A DNA stretch of 33,727 nt from positions 1-33,727 of the forward strand of contig JBBSYY010000058.1 in NCBI GenBank assembly GCA_038044985.1. The letters are read 5' to 3'. A program made the translations under genes and the position numbers. The DNA is from Nanobdellota archaeon. GTDB lineage: Archaea > Nanobdellota > Nanobdellia > Pacearchaeales > GW2011-AR1. Below, piece after piece: positions 1-7,708 of the stretch. Below the pieces are notes generated by a model, which saw only the letters and a list, made by a program, of their open reading frames with translations, had not been told where the DNA came from and ran no database searches. Position 1 is the stretch's first letter. Each line of letters begins with the position of its first letter.

Positions 1-110
1 TTCAATATTAATAAATTATTAAATAAAAGTCGATTTATAAATCTATGTTTTATCTAGAGTGTTAAGTAATCGTGGCTTTTAGTTAGATGTTAAGAGTAGT
101 GGCTTTTAAA

Positions 111-194
111 TTACTTTCCTGATTTACGCCTATTATCCTCTTTACATAACATCTGGCAGTTTTCTGCTGTTGTTTTTCCACCCTCATGCCAAGG
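111..194 (-). pseudogene. C-terminal remnant of an HNH endonuclease domain (GmrSD/DUF262-HNH type tail)
   Basis: Minus strand reads PWHEGGKTTAENCQMLCKEDNRRKSGK*, matching the HNH tail pattern PWxxGGxTxxxNCQxLCxxCNxxK. There is no start codon, and an upstream in-frame stop lies at 213-215. Confidence 0.75.
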
Positions 195-230
195 AGGTGG
201 TTTGTTGGAATTTTAGGATGCTTAAGATTC

Positions 231-250
231 CCACGCACTAAAGTGCGTGG
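231..250. repeat. Perfect hairpin CCACGCAC-TAAA-GTGCGTGG resembling an IS200/IS605 end or REP
   Basis: 8-bp perfect stem with a TAAA loop, in the context ATTC...GTTTTC. Same stem/loop style as the hairpins at 5921, 20556, 23157 and 26741. Confidence 0.65.
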
Positions 251-319
251 TTTTCTAGAATCTTGACATAATCACAATATTTAAAACTATAAAACTTATA
301 GTTTATTATAGTTTATTGT

Positions 320-400
320 GCCGCCGTCGCATAGTGGTATTGCAAGAGATTGCTAATCTCTGCCCTTCGGGGCTCGGGGGTTCGATTCCCTCCGGCGGCG
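320..400 (+). tRNA. tRNA-Ser(GCT)
   Basis: Acceptor GCCGCCG/CGGCGGC, anticodon arm AGAGA-TTGCTAA-TCTCT, long variable arm GCCC-TTCG-GGGC, T loop TTCGATT, discriminator G. CCA is not encoded. Confidence 0.96.
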
Positions 401-401
401 T

Positions 402-424
402 AATGGGGCTGAAAGCCCCATTTA
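402..424 (+). terminator. Hairpin directly 3' of tRNA-Ser
   Basis: AATGGGGCT-GAA-AGCCCCATT followed by a short T run. Confidence 0.45.
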
Positions 425-602
425 TACCATTGGTGATTGGACAAAAGACAAAGAAATTTCGGTAAGATTCCTCGAGCAAGTTCACGAAGAGAATCTTTAT
501 TTTAATACTGAGTGGACTTGCGAGAAGGCGGCGTGTTTTAAAAATGGAAAAAAACAAAATTGATAAAAATTAGAAAGAAAAATTAAAGGAGGCTGAAATA
601 AA

Positions 603-755
603 ATGGCATTTATTACTTTAACAATCTCTGCAATTATATCAATAATAGCCGGCGTATTAATATTAATATGGCCAAAATTTCTTAATTATTTTATTGCATT
701 TTAGTTATTAATTACTGACATTATTAGTTTGCTAAATGTTTATAATACATTTTAA
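603..755 (+). pseudogene. DUF3096-like small membrane protein interrupted by TAG at 702-704
   Basis: GGAGG upstream. MAFITLTISAIISIIAGVLILIWPKFLNYFIAF*LLITDIISLL resembles the DUF3096 pattern IAGILILxxPRLLNYIVAIYL. Confidence 0.65.
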
Positions 756-898
756 TCGTTAGAAATTTTTAAATTAGATTCATCATAGCTATTTATAATT
801 TAAGATATAATGATAATTATAATAAATATAGTCAACATATAATAATAAGCAATCTAACACGCGGAATTAATAAATAAGATTACGAACAATTAACAAAA

Positions 899-1510
899 AT
901 GAACTCTAAAACCGCTATAAAACAATTTCAAGAAATTAATAAGTTAAAGGGAAATATGAGGCTGGCTGCAGAAAAATGGCCGACAGATTTTCAAACTTTA
1001 ATTTCAACTATTTTATCTGCAAGGACATTAGATGAAACGACAATTAAAACTTGCAAGGTTCTTTTTTCAAAATATCCTAATGCTAATTATCTTGCTAAAG
1101 CAAATTCAAAAGAAATTGAGAAAATAATAAGACCAATTAACTTTTACAAAAATAAAACAAAAAGCATTATTAATTGCGCAGCTACTCTTAATAGAGAATA
1201 CAAAGGAAAAATTCCTTTTGGGTATGACAAATTGATTGAGCTTCCAGGAGTTGGAAGAAAGACAGCAAATGTATTCTTATCAGAACAAGGAAAAAATGTA
1301 GTAGCTGTAGACACTCATGTTTATTATATTTCTAGGTATTTATGGTGGAGTAAAGGTAAAAAACCAGAACAAGTAGAACAAGATTTAAAAAAACTTTTTC
1401 CTAAAAATTATTGGAATAAACTAAATCCTAGTTTAGTTAAATTTGGTAAAGAACACACTTCTAGAAAGGAGAAAAATCTAATTTTAGATAAGATTAAAAA
1501 ACTTTCTTAA
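899..1510 (+). CDS. nth: Endonuclease III (HhH-GPD DNA glycosylase/AP lyase) lacking the FeS loop
   Basis: FQTLISTILSA, LPGVGRKTANV (HhH with catalytic Lys) and VDTHV (catalytic Asp). Confidence 0.92.
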   Translation: MNSKTAIKQFQEINKLKGNMRLAAEKWPTDFQTLISTILSARTLDETTIKTCKVLFSKYPNANYLAKANSKEIEKIIRPINFYKNKTKSIINCAATLNREYKGKIPFGYDKLIELPGVGRKTANVFLSEQGKNVVAVDTHVYYISRYLWWSKGKKPEQVEQDLKKLFPKNYWNKLNPSLVKFGKEHTSRKEKNLILDKIKKLS

Positions 1511-1564
1511 AAACGCAAATATTAAAAAGCATTAAGGTTTAGTTTTAAAAAATGGTAGTTTAAA

Positions 1565-2143
1565 ATGTCATGGTTTGAAGTTGAATCTAAAATTAAGATT
1601 AAGAGTTATGAAGTTAACAAATTTAGAGATAAAATTAAAAAAATAGCAAGGTTTGTTAAAAAAGAAAGAAAATCAGATTATTATTTTGCAATAGAAAAAC
1701 CAAACTATCCGAGAAAAGCTTTTAGAATAAGGTATAATGGAAAAAATTATGTTGTAAACTTTAAAAAATGGCTGAAAAAATATTGGAAACATGGAATTGC
1801 CGTTAAAGAAGAATTTGAATTTGAAGTAAAAGATAAAAATAGCTTTCTGGCTTTAATGAGAGACCTCGGTTTTGTAAACTGGATAAGAAAACTTAAAATA
1901 ACAGAAGCCTATCAACATAAAAGATATTCAGAGGTTTTTATAGAATTAAATTATGTTAAACATCTAGGATACTTTATAGAAATTGAATACTTAGCAAATA
2001 AAAATGAAATAGAAAATGCCAGAAGAAAAATTCTTTCTGTATTAAAAGAGCTAAAAGTAAAACCTAGACAAATAGATAACCTCGGTTATACAAAAATGCT
2101 CTGGAAAAATGGTTTTAATGATAAAAAATATTTTTTTAAATAG
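1565..2143 (+). CDS. cyaB: CYTH-domain protein / class IV adenylate cyclase-like
   Basis: N-terminal EVESK (ExExK), DYYF, FRIR, EEFEF, LGYFIEIE and C-terminal GY. Confidence 0.85.
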   Translation: MSWFEVESKIKIKSYEVNKFRDKIKKIARFVKKERKSDYYFAIEKPNYPRKAFRIRYNGKNYVVNFKKWLKKYWKHGIAVKEEFEFEVKDKNSFLALMRDLGFVNWIRKLKITEAYQHKRYSEVFIELNYVKHLGYFIEIEYLANKNEIENARRKILSVLKELKVKPRQIDNLGYTKMLWKNGFNDKKYFFK

Positions 2144-2280
2144 ATTTTTAGGTTCTGTATTTTGTTTATTAAATATTTTATTAATAATAGACCAATAATT
2201 ATTTAAGATTAGAAAAAGAGTTGAATTATAGGCAACAAATTTATTTTATTAAAATAAGTTATTTATCATTTATTTAGGGT

Positions 2281-3090
2281 TTATTTCTCAATATTTGAAG
2301 TTTTTTCATATTTTAATCCTAATTTTTCTAAAATATTCAATAGGTTTGTTCTTTTCTCACTTTTACCACATCCTTTCCAATCAATCAAAATCATATTAAT
2401 ATTTTCAATAGTTTTTTCTTCAGCCTCTTTTATAATTGTTTCCGTAATTGGAAAAATATGTTCAGGAATTATGTGTGAAATTGCGTAAATACTATTTAAT
2501 TGAATCTTATTAAAATTAGGGCAGTAGTGTGTTCCTCCAATCCCTATTGTTGGAATCCAGTTATAGTTTTTTTTATCAAAATTTTGTAAAGATAAAATAG
2601 CCTCTGCTATGATTTTAGCTGCTTTTTCATCTTTCCATTCATTTTCCTGACTTCCTAATTCAATAAAACAATTTGGAATGTCAATTAAAGGCCCGTGATG
2701 AGTTGCTTCTAAAGTTATATTGTACTTTTCATAAATTTCTTTATTTTTTTTAGCATTTTCTTCTAGTTTTTGAAATAAATATTTTAAAACAAAAGCAGAA
2801 GTCCTGCATATTTTTCCTTCTTTTCCTCCCAAATCAGCCGACCTCCAATTTCCTGCTGCATGTAAAGATAAGCTAGGAATATTGTTTTTAGATTTGTGAG
2901 TTGAAGCAAAAATTAAAAAATCAATATTTTTTAATTCTGGATAGTTTTTTTCATTAATATCCTCTGAATAAATAGTTTCTTTGTTTAGTTCAATTATAGG
3001 AACATGGGGAGAAAAAGCTAATTTTCTAAATTGCTCGACAATATTTTTTCCAGCTATATTATTTTTGTAGTAAGCTATTGCAAAAATCAT
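2281..3090 (-). CDS. dtdA: D-aminoacyl-tRNA deacylase (archaeal DTD2)
   Basis: STHKS, SLHAAGN, LEATHHGP, FIELGS and GIGGTHY motifs. Confidence 0.93.
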   Translation of the reverse strand: MIFAIAYYKNNIAGKNIVEQFRKLAFSPHVPIIELNKETIYSEDINEKNYPELKNIDFLIFASTHKSKNNIPSLSLHAAGNWRSADLGGKEGKICRTSAFVLKYLFQKLEENAKKNKEIYEKYNITLEATHHGPLIDIPNCFIELGSQENEWKDEKAAKIIAEAILSLQNFDKKNYNWIPTIGIGGTHYCPNFNKIQLNSIYAISHIIPEHIFPITETIIKEAEEKTIENINMILIDWKGCGKSEKRTNLLNILEKLGLKYEKTSNIEK

Positions 3091-3338
3091 TTTAAACTCA
3101 AGAAATTAATAGTTAAATAAGTTTAGGTGTGTCTGAATTAAATTTAAGTTTTTCGGTCTTTTATATAGAATCTTGTGGTAATCTATCAAACATTTCTTTA
3201 GTTGTTATAACTTTAACTTTACTTTGTTGTTTAAATTAGTTGTCTTCAAACAACATTAGCAATTTAAAATCCAATATAATTTATAATTAAATAAAGATAT
3301 TTAACAACCTTTAAAAAACATCAGAACTTAAATAATTT

Positions 3339-3596
3339 ATGCTAGAGACATTGTTATTAATATTATATAGTCTATTATTGTTGCTAGGTTTTCCAACAGG
3401 ATTAATCCTAGCACATTTATGCAAAGAAGAAATAAAAAGCTGGAAAAAAAGATTAATAATTATGTCATTAATATCTATAATTTTATCAATAATAGTATTT
3501 TTCACAAATTTTGATTTTAAACTCCCCATAATTTTTACTTTTTTGTTTATTATTGTTACGTGTTTAACAATTGTTTGGAAAAGTAAAAACATATAA
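3339..3596 (+). CDS. Small membrane protein, about 3 TM helices
   Basis: 85 aa with three hydrophobic stretches. TATA-like TATTTAA lies about 35 bp upstream. Confidence 0.7.
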   Translation: MLETLLLILYSLLLLLGFPTGLILAHLCKEEIKSWKKRLIIMSLISIILSIIVFFTNFDFKLPIIFTFLFIIVTCLTIVWKSKNI

Positions 3597-3609
3597 TTTT
3601 ATTTTAGTT

Positions 3610-4004
3610 TCAATCGCTCGGATGCTTTATGTATCCATCTTTTCTAAGAGAATCTACAATTTTTGAAGTTATATCAGAAAGATTATATATAATTGTATCA
3701 TTAACCCAATCATATGCGGCAATTTCTGCAGAAGGTGGGCAAAACTCTCCTTTAATATTCGCAAAATAAACCTCTTCGCCTTTAAGATATCTCCTTTATT
3801 GGGGGCTACTCCTTCAAACTCCCCATAATATCGAATGTTATCTAGTTGAGTTCCAGATAATTCTTCGCTAACTTCTCTACACAAACATTCGATATCAGAT
3901 TCACCGAGCTCAGGTTTTCCTCCTGGCAGTATCCAGATTTGCTTTTTTCTTACTAACAAGATTTTTCCATCATCAATAATTGCTGCGCCAATTGCTATTC
4001 TCAT
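3610..4004 (-). pseudogene. Nudix hydrolase with a frameshift near 3772
   Basis: Nudix box PGGKPELGESDIECLCREVSEELS. A Nudix-like C-terminus (VYFANIKGEFCPPSAEIAAYDWV...KIVDSLRKDGYIK...*) continues in another frame to the stop at 3610-3612. Confidence 0.8.
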
Positions 4005-4032
4005 ATATTAGTAGATTCTCTTAATGTTTATA

Positions 4033-4605
4033 TTATTTCCCTCTTCCGAGCCCAGCACTTACGCTAGGTCTTGATTTATTCATTGGAGATTTACTTCTCA
4101 GGCCTCTTGATTTTTTTCCAGCGCTTGTTAAACCTCTATAAACCCTATTTTGATTGGTTTTTTTAGTTATCCAATTAATTGTAGGATCATTTATAATTTC
4201 TGGCCTGGAATAATCAACTAAAATAATTTCATAAAAAAAGTTTTTTCCATCTTTTCCAACAAAATAAGAATTTAAAACTTCTAAATTAGGAAATTTTTTT
4301 TGAGCTCTTTGCTCTGCAACCCACCTATAGCTCATTTTTAGTGTTTTTCTAATGGTTTGTCTTTTGCTTCTTCTCCCCTTAACTGGCTTTGGTCTTTTTC
4401 TTCCACCTCTTGAAACTCTTACTCTAATTATTATATAACCTTTTTTAGCTTTATATCCAAGGGATCTTGCTCTATCAAGTCTTAGGGGATTATCAACCTT
4501 TTCAACAACATTTTGAGCTCTCCATTCCGTCATTAACTCTCTTAATCTTTTTTCGTCTGGTTTTTTCCAGGCTTCTCTTAAATAATGATAAAATCCTTTT
4601 GACAT
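4033..4605 (-). CDS. rpl15e: 50S ribosomal protein L15e
   Basis: RLDRARSLGYKAKKG, NLEVLNSY, YEIILVD and RGLTSAGKKSRGL. Confidence 0.98.
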   Translation of the reverse strand: MSKGFYHYLREAWKKPDEKRLRELMTEWRAQNVVEKVDNPLRLDRARSLGYKAKKGYIIIRVRVSRGGRKRPKPVKGRRSKRQTIRKTLKMSYRWVAEQRAQKKFPNLEVLNSYFVGKDGKNFFYEIILVDYSRPEIINDPTINWITKKTNQNRVYRGLTSAGKKSRGLRSKSPMNKSRPSVSAGLGRGK

Positions 4606-4697
4606 TTTTTATTAATAATTGATAAGTTTATGTAATCATTTGTTTGATTAGTTATGTTAAAGTTGTTTTGAGGTATTTAAAAAACTTGTCATAAAAA

Positions 4698-4773
4698 TGG
4701 TCCCGCGCAGATTTGAACTGCGGACCCCTACCTTATCAGAGTAGTGCTCTAAACCAGGCTGAGCTACGGGACC
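4698..4773 (-). tRNA. tRNA-Ile(GAT)
   Basis: Reverse complement has acceptor GGTCCCG/CGGGACC-A, anticodon arm CTACT-CTGATAA-GGTAG and T loop TTCAAAT. Confidence 0.95.
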
Positions 4774-5059
4774 ATAATCAATTAAAGTTTTAATAGGTTT
4801 ATAAGAGTTTTTGTTAGTTTTTGAAAATATTTAATCGAAACTGAAAACAATTTTAAAAAATATATTTCAGAAGAGCACCATACAACGGAGCACGAAAATT
4901 TGTTAAAACAATTAGCTTATGATGATGAGTTTAGAATGTTGAGAGAAGATTAAATCATTTTTAATGGTTTTTGTAGATAAAATTATTATTGTTAATTGAA
5001 TAAGCTAATAACTTAACTCTTAATTATTCTTTGGGTGAGACTGAAAAACTAAACAAAAT

Positions 5060-5671
5060 TTATCTCCCTTGCATCTCTATAATCAAACTATCATCAACTA
5101 ACTGGCATCTTAAAATAGGCAGGTTAACTTTTAGGTTTTTTAAATAAACCAGATTGTCCGAAAGAGCCTTTATTTCAATAGAATTCTCTAGCTGATTAAT
5201 TAAAACATTATCAATAGATTTAACACCTGGAACAGACAATTCATAAATAACTTTTCCTGAAATTCTTTTTACTCTTGATTCAGGCTCTTTTCTAGGAAGT
5301 TCCAAAAACTTTTTTAGTTTTTCTTTTGTAAAATGGTTTTCTACTTTTATTGGATGTTTTATAATTGATTTTTCTGGAAAAATTTTTTCTCCATTAACAA
5401 AAAACTGAACATTTAATCTCGGTTGATAGTAATTTTTGTTACTTTCGTTAAGATTTTTCATTTGTTTTTCAAGTAGTTTCATAGCACTATTAAACATTTT
5501 ATCTATAAAAGTATCTGTAAGGTCTGTATTCTCTTCTGAAAAATCATTTTTTCCCAAAAACCCATAATCGTCTTCATCATATTCTGACCTTAAGTTTTTA
5601 CTACATAATGGGCAGTATTTAAAACTGTCTTTAATTATATTTTTGCACCTTGGACATTTTTTATTAAACAT
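5060..5671 (-). CDS. Zinc-ribbon protein with C-terminal Hsp20/alpha-crystallin-like domain
   Basis: CPRC...CPLC at the N-terminus. C-terminal EPESRVKR..VIYELSVPGV...IEIKA...LIIEM resembles a small heat-shock protein domain. Confidence 0.7.
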   Translation of the reverse strand: MFNKKCPRCKNIIKDSFKYCPLCSKNLRSEYDEDDYGFLGKNDFSEENTDLTDTFIDKMFNSAMKLLEKQMKNLNESNKNYYQPRLNVQFFVNGEKIFPEKSIIKHPIKVENHFTKEKLKKFLELPRKEPESRVKRISGKVIYELSVPGVKSIDNVLINQLENSIEIKALSDNLVYLKNLKVNLPILRCQLVDDSLIIEMQGR

Positions 5672-5782
5672 TATATTAATAATTTATTTTAGTTTAAAAA
5701 TGTTTTGATGTCTGGTTCTGTTAAATCAAAAGGTGACAAAGCCCCCTTAAAACTATAATTTTCATGGGATAAACTAATTATT

Positions 5783-5950
5783 TTATTAATCTCTAAGCAA
5801 GAAATCCATCACACTTTAATATGAGGATGAATTGCTTCTTACTTTTTCTCGCTAATTATTTCTTTTATTTATTATTAATAAATTTATCTGAAATTAAAGA
5901 TCTGTTCATCACACAGGAAGCCATGACCTTTAGGTCGTGGAAGAGGTCAC
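5783..5950 (+). mobile_element. Non-autonomous IS200/IS605-derived element (PATE-like), copy A
   Basis: Near-identical inverted copy at 26731-26898. Degenerate left hairpin GCAAGAAATCC...GATGAATTGC, right end GAAG-CCATGACC-TTTA-GGTCGTGG-AAGAGGTCAC, no ORF. Confidence 0.75.
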
Positions 5951-6083
5951 TTAATAATAATTGTTAATGAAAAGATAAGTTATCGTTAGTAACAATCTTT
6001 TCACTAGTGGACTTTACAAGACCAATCAAAAACTTTTTTAAATCCCGTTTTCTTTTATCAAGGATTAAGAAAGAGGTTTAAAG

Positions 6084-6776
6084 ATGGTTACAGATGAAAA
6101 AAACTTAGAGCTTAGAAAACAAGAACTTTCTGAAAAATACGGAATTGATTTTGATAAACTAGAAAAAGAGCAGATAAATTTATCTAAAGAATTAACAATT
6201 AAAGATAAAATAGATTTTTCATTAGCAGAAAGATTTGGAGCTGTAGACATAATTTTTATTAAAAATAAAATTTTGTGTTGTTTTATAGTATGTGATAAAA
6301 GTTTTGAGATAACTGGCCGCTCTTATATACTTGAAAAAGTTAAATTCCCTTATTTTCCTGGATTTAGGAGTTATAGAGAGTTGCCTTCTATGATAGCTGC
6401 ATTTGAAAAGCTTGATGAAAAACCAGAGGTTGTTTTTATTGATGGACAGGGAATTATTCATCCAAGATTAGGATTAGCAAGTCATTTTGGCCTTTCTACC
6501 GAAGTTCCGACTATCGGGGTTTCTAATTCTTTAATTGATTGTAAAGCGGGAAGTGAAGACGGAGCAGATATATTGAAAAATGGAAAAAAAGTAGGAAATG
6601 TCTTGATTGTCAAAAAAGGAAGCAACCCTCTTTTTATTAGTCCTGGCAATAATATTTCTATTAAAGCCTCTTATAATATTTCAAAGAGCCTTATTAGACT
6701 GCCCCATAAAAAACCAGAGCCAATGCATCTAGCTTCTAAATATGCAAAAAGCGTTAAAAAAGAGTTGATGTTGTGA
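6084..6776 (+). CDS. nfi: Endonuclease V
   Basis: GAVD, FPYFPGFRSYRE, IDGQGIIHPRLGLASHFG, PLFISPG and PEPMHLA. Confidence 0.93.
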   Translation: MVTDEKNLELRKQELSEKYGIDFDKLEKEQINLSKELTIKDKIDFSLAERFGAVDIIFIKNKILCCFIVCDKSFEITGRSYILEKVKFPYFPGFRSYRELPSMIAAFEKLDEKPEVVFIDGQGIIHPRLGLASHFGLSTEVPTIGVSNSLIDCKAGSEDGADILKNGKKVGNVLIVKKGSNPLFISPGNNISIKASYNISKSLIRLPHKKPEPMHLASKYAKSVKKELML

Positions 6777-6834
6777 TTATATAAAGAACCCCACAGAAGC
6801 CAGGCGGCAATAAAAACCAAGATTATTATAAAAA

Positions 6835-7242
6835 TTAAGTATAATCTTTAATTAAAGGCAGAAAGTAAGCCAATGAAGTAATAACTATACACATAACAAG
6901 AATAATTAAAATAACATAGTATATAGTATAAGATTTTTCTGAATAAAGTTTCTCTTCTTTTTCAGCTTTTTTATCTTTTTCAAGAGTTTTATTTACTTTA
7001 TTTTTTTCTTGATTTTCTGCTGCAAATCCAGTTATTTTATAATTTTTATCCTCTTGAACAATTTTATTAGTTATAGATTCAAAATTTTTGCTTTCAAAAA
7101 TTTTTATAGAACCGAAAGATATTAAAAGTAAGGCTATAGAAACTGCTAGAAAAATTATTGATTGGTAATTTTTATTTTCAAAAAGATTCATTTTATCATT
7201 ACTTTTATTTAATTCTTGATTTATAATAGTTATATCATACAT
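6835..7242 (-). CDS. Hypothetical membrane protein (2 TM, ITGFA motif)
   Basis: 135-aa ORF with two hydrophobic segments flanking a charged linker. The start is uncertain. Confidence 0.6.
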   Translation of the reverse strand: MYDITIINQELNKSNDKMNLFENKNYQSIIFLAVSIALLLISFGSIKIFESKNFESITNKIVQEDKNYKITGFAAENQEKNKVNKTLEKDKKAEKEEKLYSEKSYTIYYVILIILVMCIVITSLAYFLPLIKDYT

Positions 7243-7320
7243 TTAGGAGTATTACGCGCACCATAATTGAAACCAATATTCATTCATAATTTTTCAACAT
7301 TTTTACCTTTTTTTACATAC

Positions 7321-7482
7321 TTATCTCTTTTTTATTTCCTCGCTATATAAATTAATAGTAAGGTAATCCCCTTCATTTAGCTTAAATCTATCTACAGTTT
7401 CTTTGGGAATCGTGACTACAAAAGAGTTTCCTACTTTCCTTAATCTGACATCAAATGTTCTATTTGGCATTTTAATTTGCAT
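7321..7482 (-). CDS. AbrB/MazE/SpoVT-family DNA-binding protein
   Basis: LRKVGNSFVVTIPKE...FKLNEGDYL is the swapped-hairpin signature. The start is probably the ATG at 7482 or 7470 rather than 7521. Confidence 0.85.
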   Translation of the reverse strand: MQIKMPNRTFDVRLRKVGNSFVVTIPKETVDRFKLNEGDYLTINLYSEEIKKR

Positions 7483-7518
7483 TTTGTAGTAGTTTGTTAA
7501 TATTTTTAAAAAAAATGA

Positions 7519-7543
7519 CACTAAGGGAGAAAATCCCTTAGTG
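7519..7543. promoter_or_regulatory. Perfect 10-bp inverted repeat upstream of the AbrB-like gene
   Basis: CACTAAGGGA-GAAAA-TCCCTTAGTG. Confidence 0.45.
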
Positions 7544-7565
7544 CACCTCTTATCCCTTTCAGAGC

Positions 7566-7650
7566 TGTATATACTATGTATATACCAGTATTTAAATGCT
7601 TCTTTCTAAATTTTATTTCGCGTTTTTTCTTGTATATCTTTTGTATATAC
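7566..7650. promoter_or_regulatory. TGTATAT repeats, candidate operator
   Basis: TGTATATAC at 7566 and 7577. TGTATATCTTTTGTATATAC at 7631-7650 has an exact reverse-complement copy at 19029-19048. Confidence 0.4.
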
Positions 7651-7708
7651 ATAAAAACCTATAAAAACTGATTGAACGTTTTTTATTAATAAACAATTCC
7701 ACTAAAAA

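Noticed and set aside
306-557. 83-aa minus-strand ORF
   Set aside because: It is an antisense shadow of tRNA-Ser with no recognisable motif.
426-573. Open plus-strand frame TIGDWTKDKEISVRF...KKQN*
   Set aside because: It has no in-frame start and no family I recognise. At most it is a gene fragment.
702-704. TAG recoding (pyrrolysine or alternative code)
   Set aside because: TAG ends tbp, mcm, uppP and rpoE' at expected positions, and no pyl genes are present.
3311-3592. 93-aa minus-strand ORF, and similar shadows at 6065, 6222, 8032, 9975, 11144, 12577, 15245, 18543, 19898, 22796, 24697, 27899, 30741 and 32642
   Set aside because: Each lies antisense to a better-supported gene.
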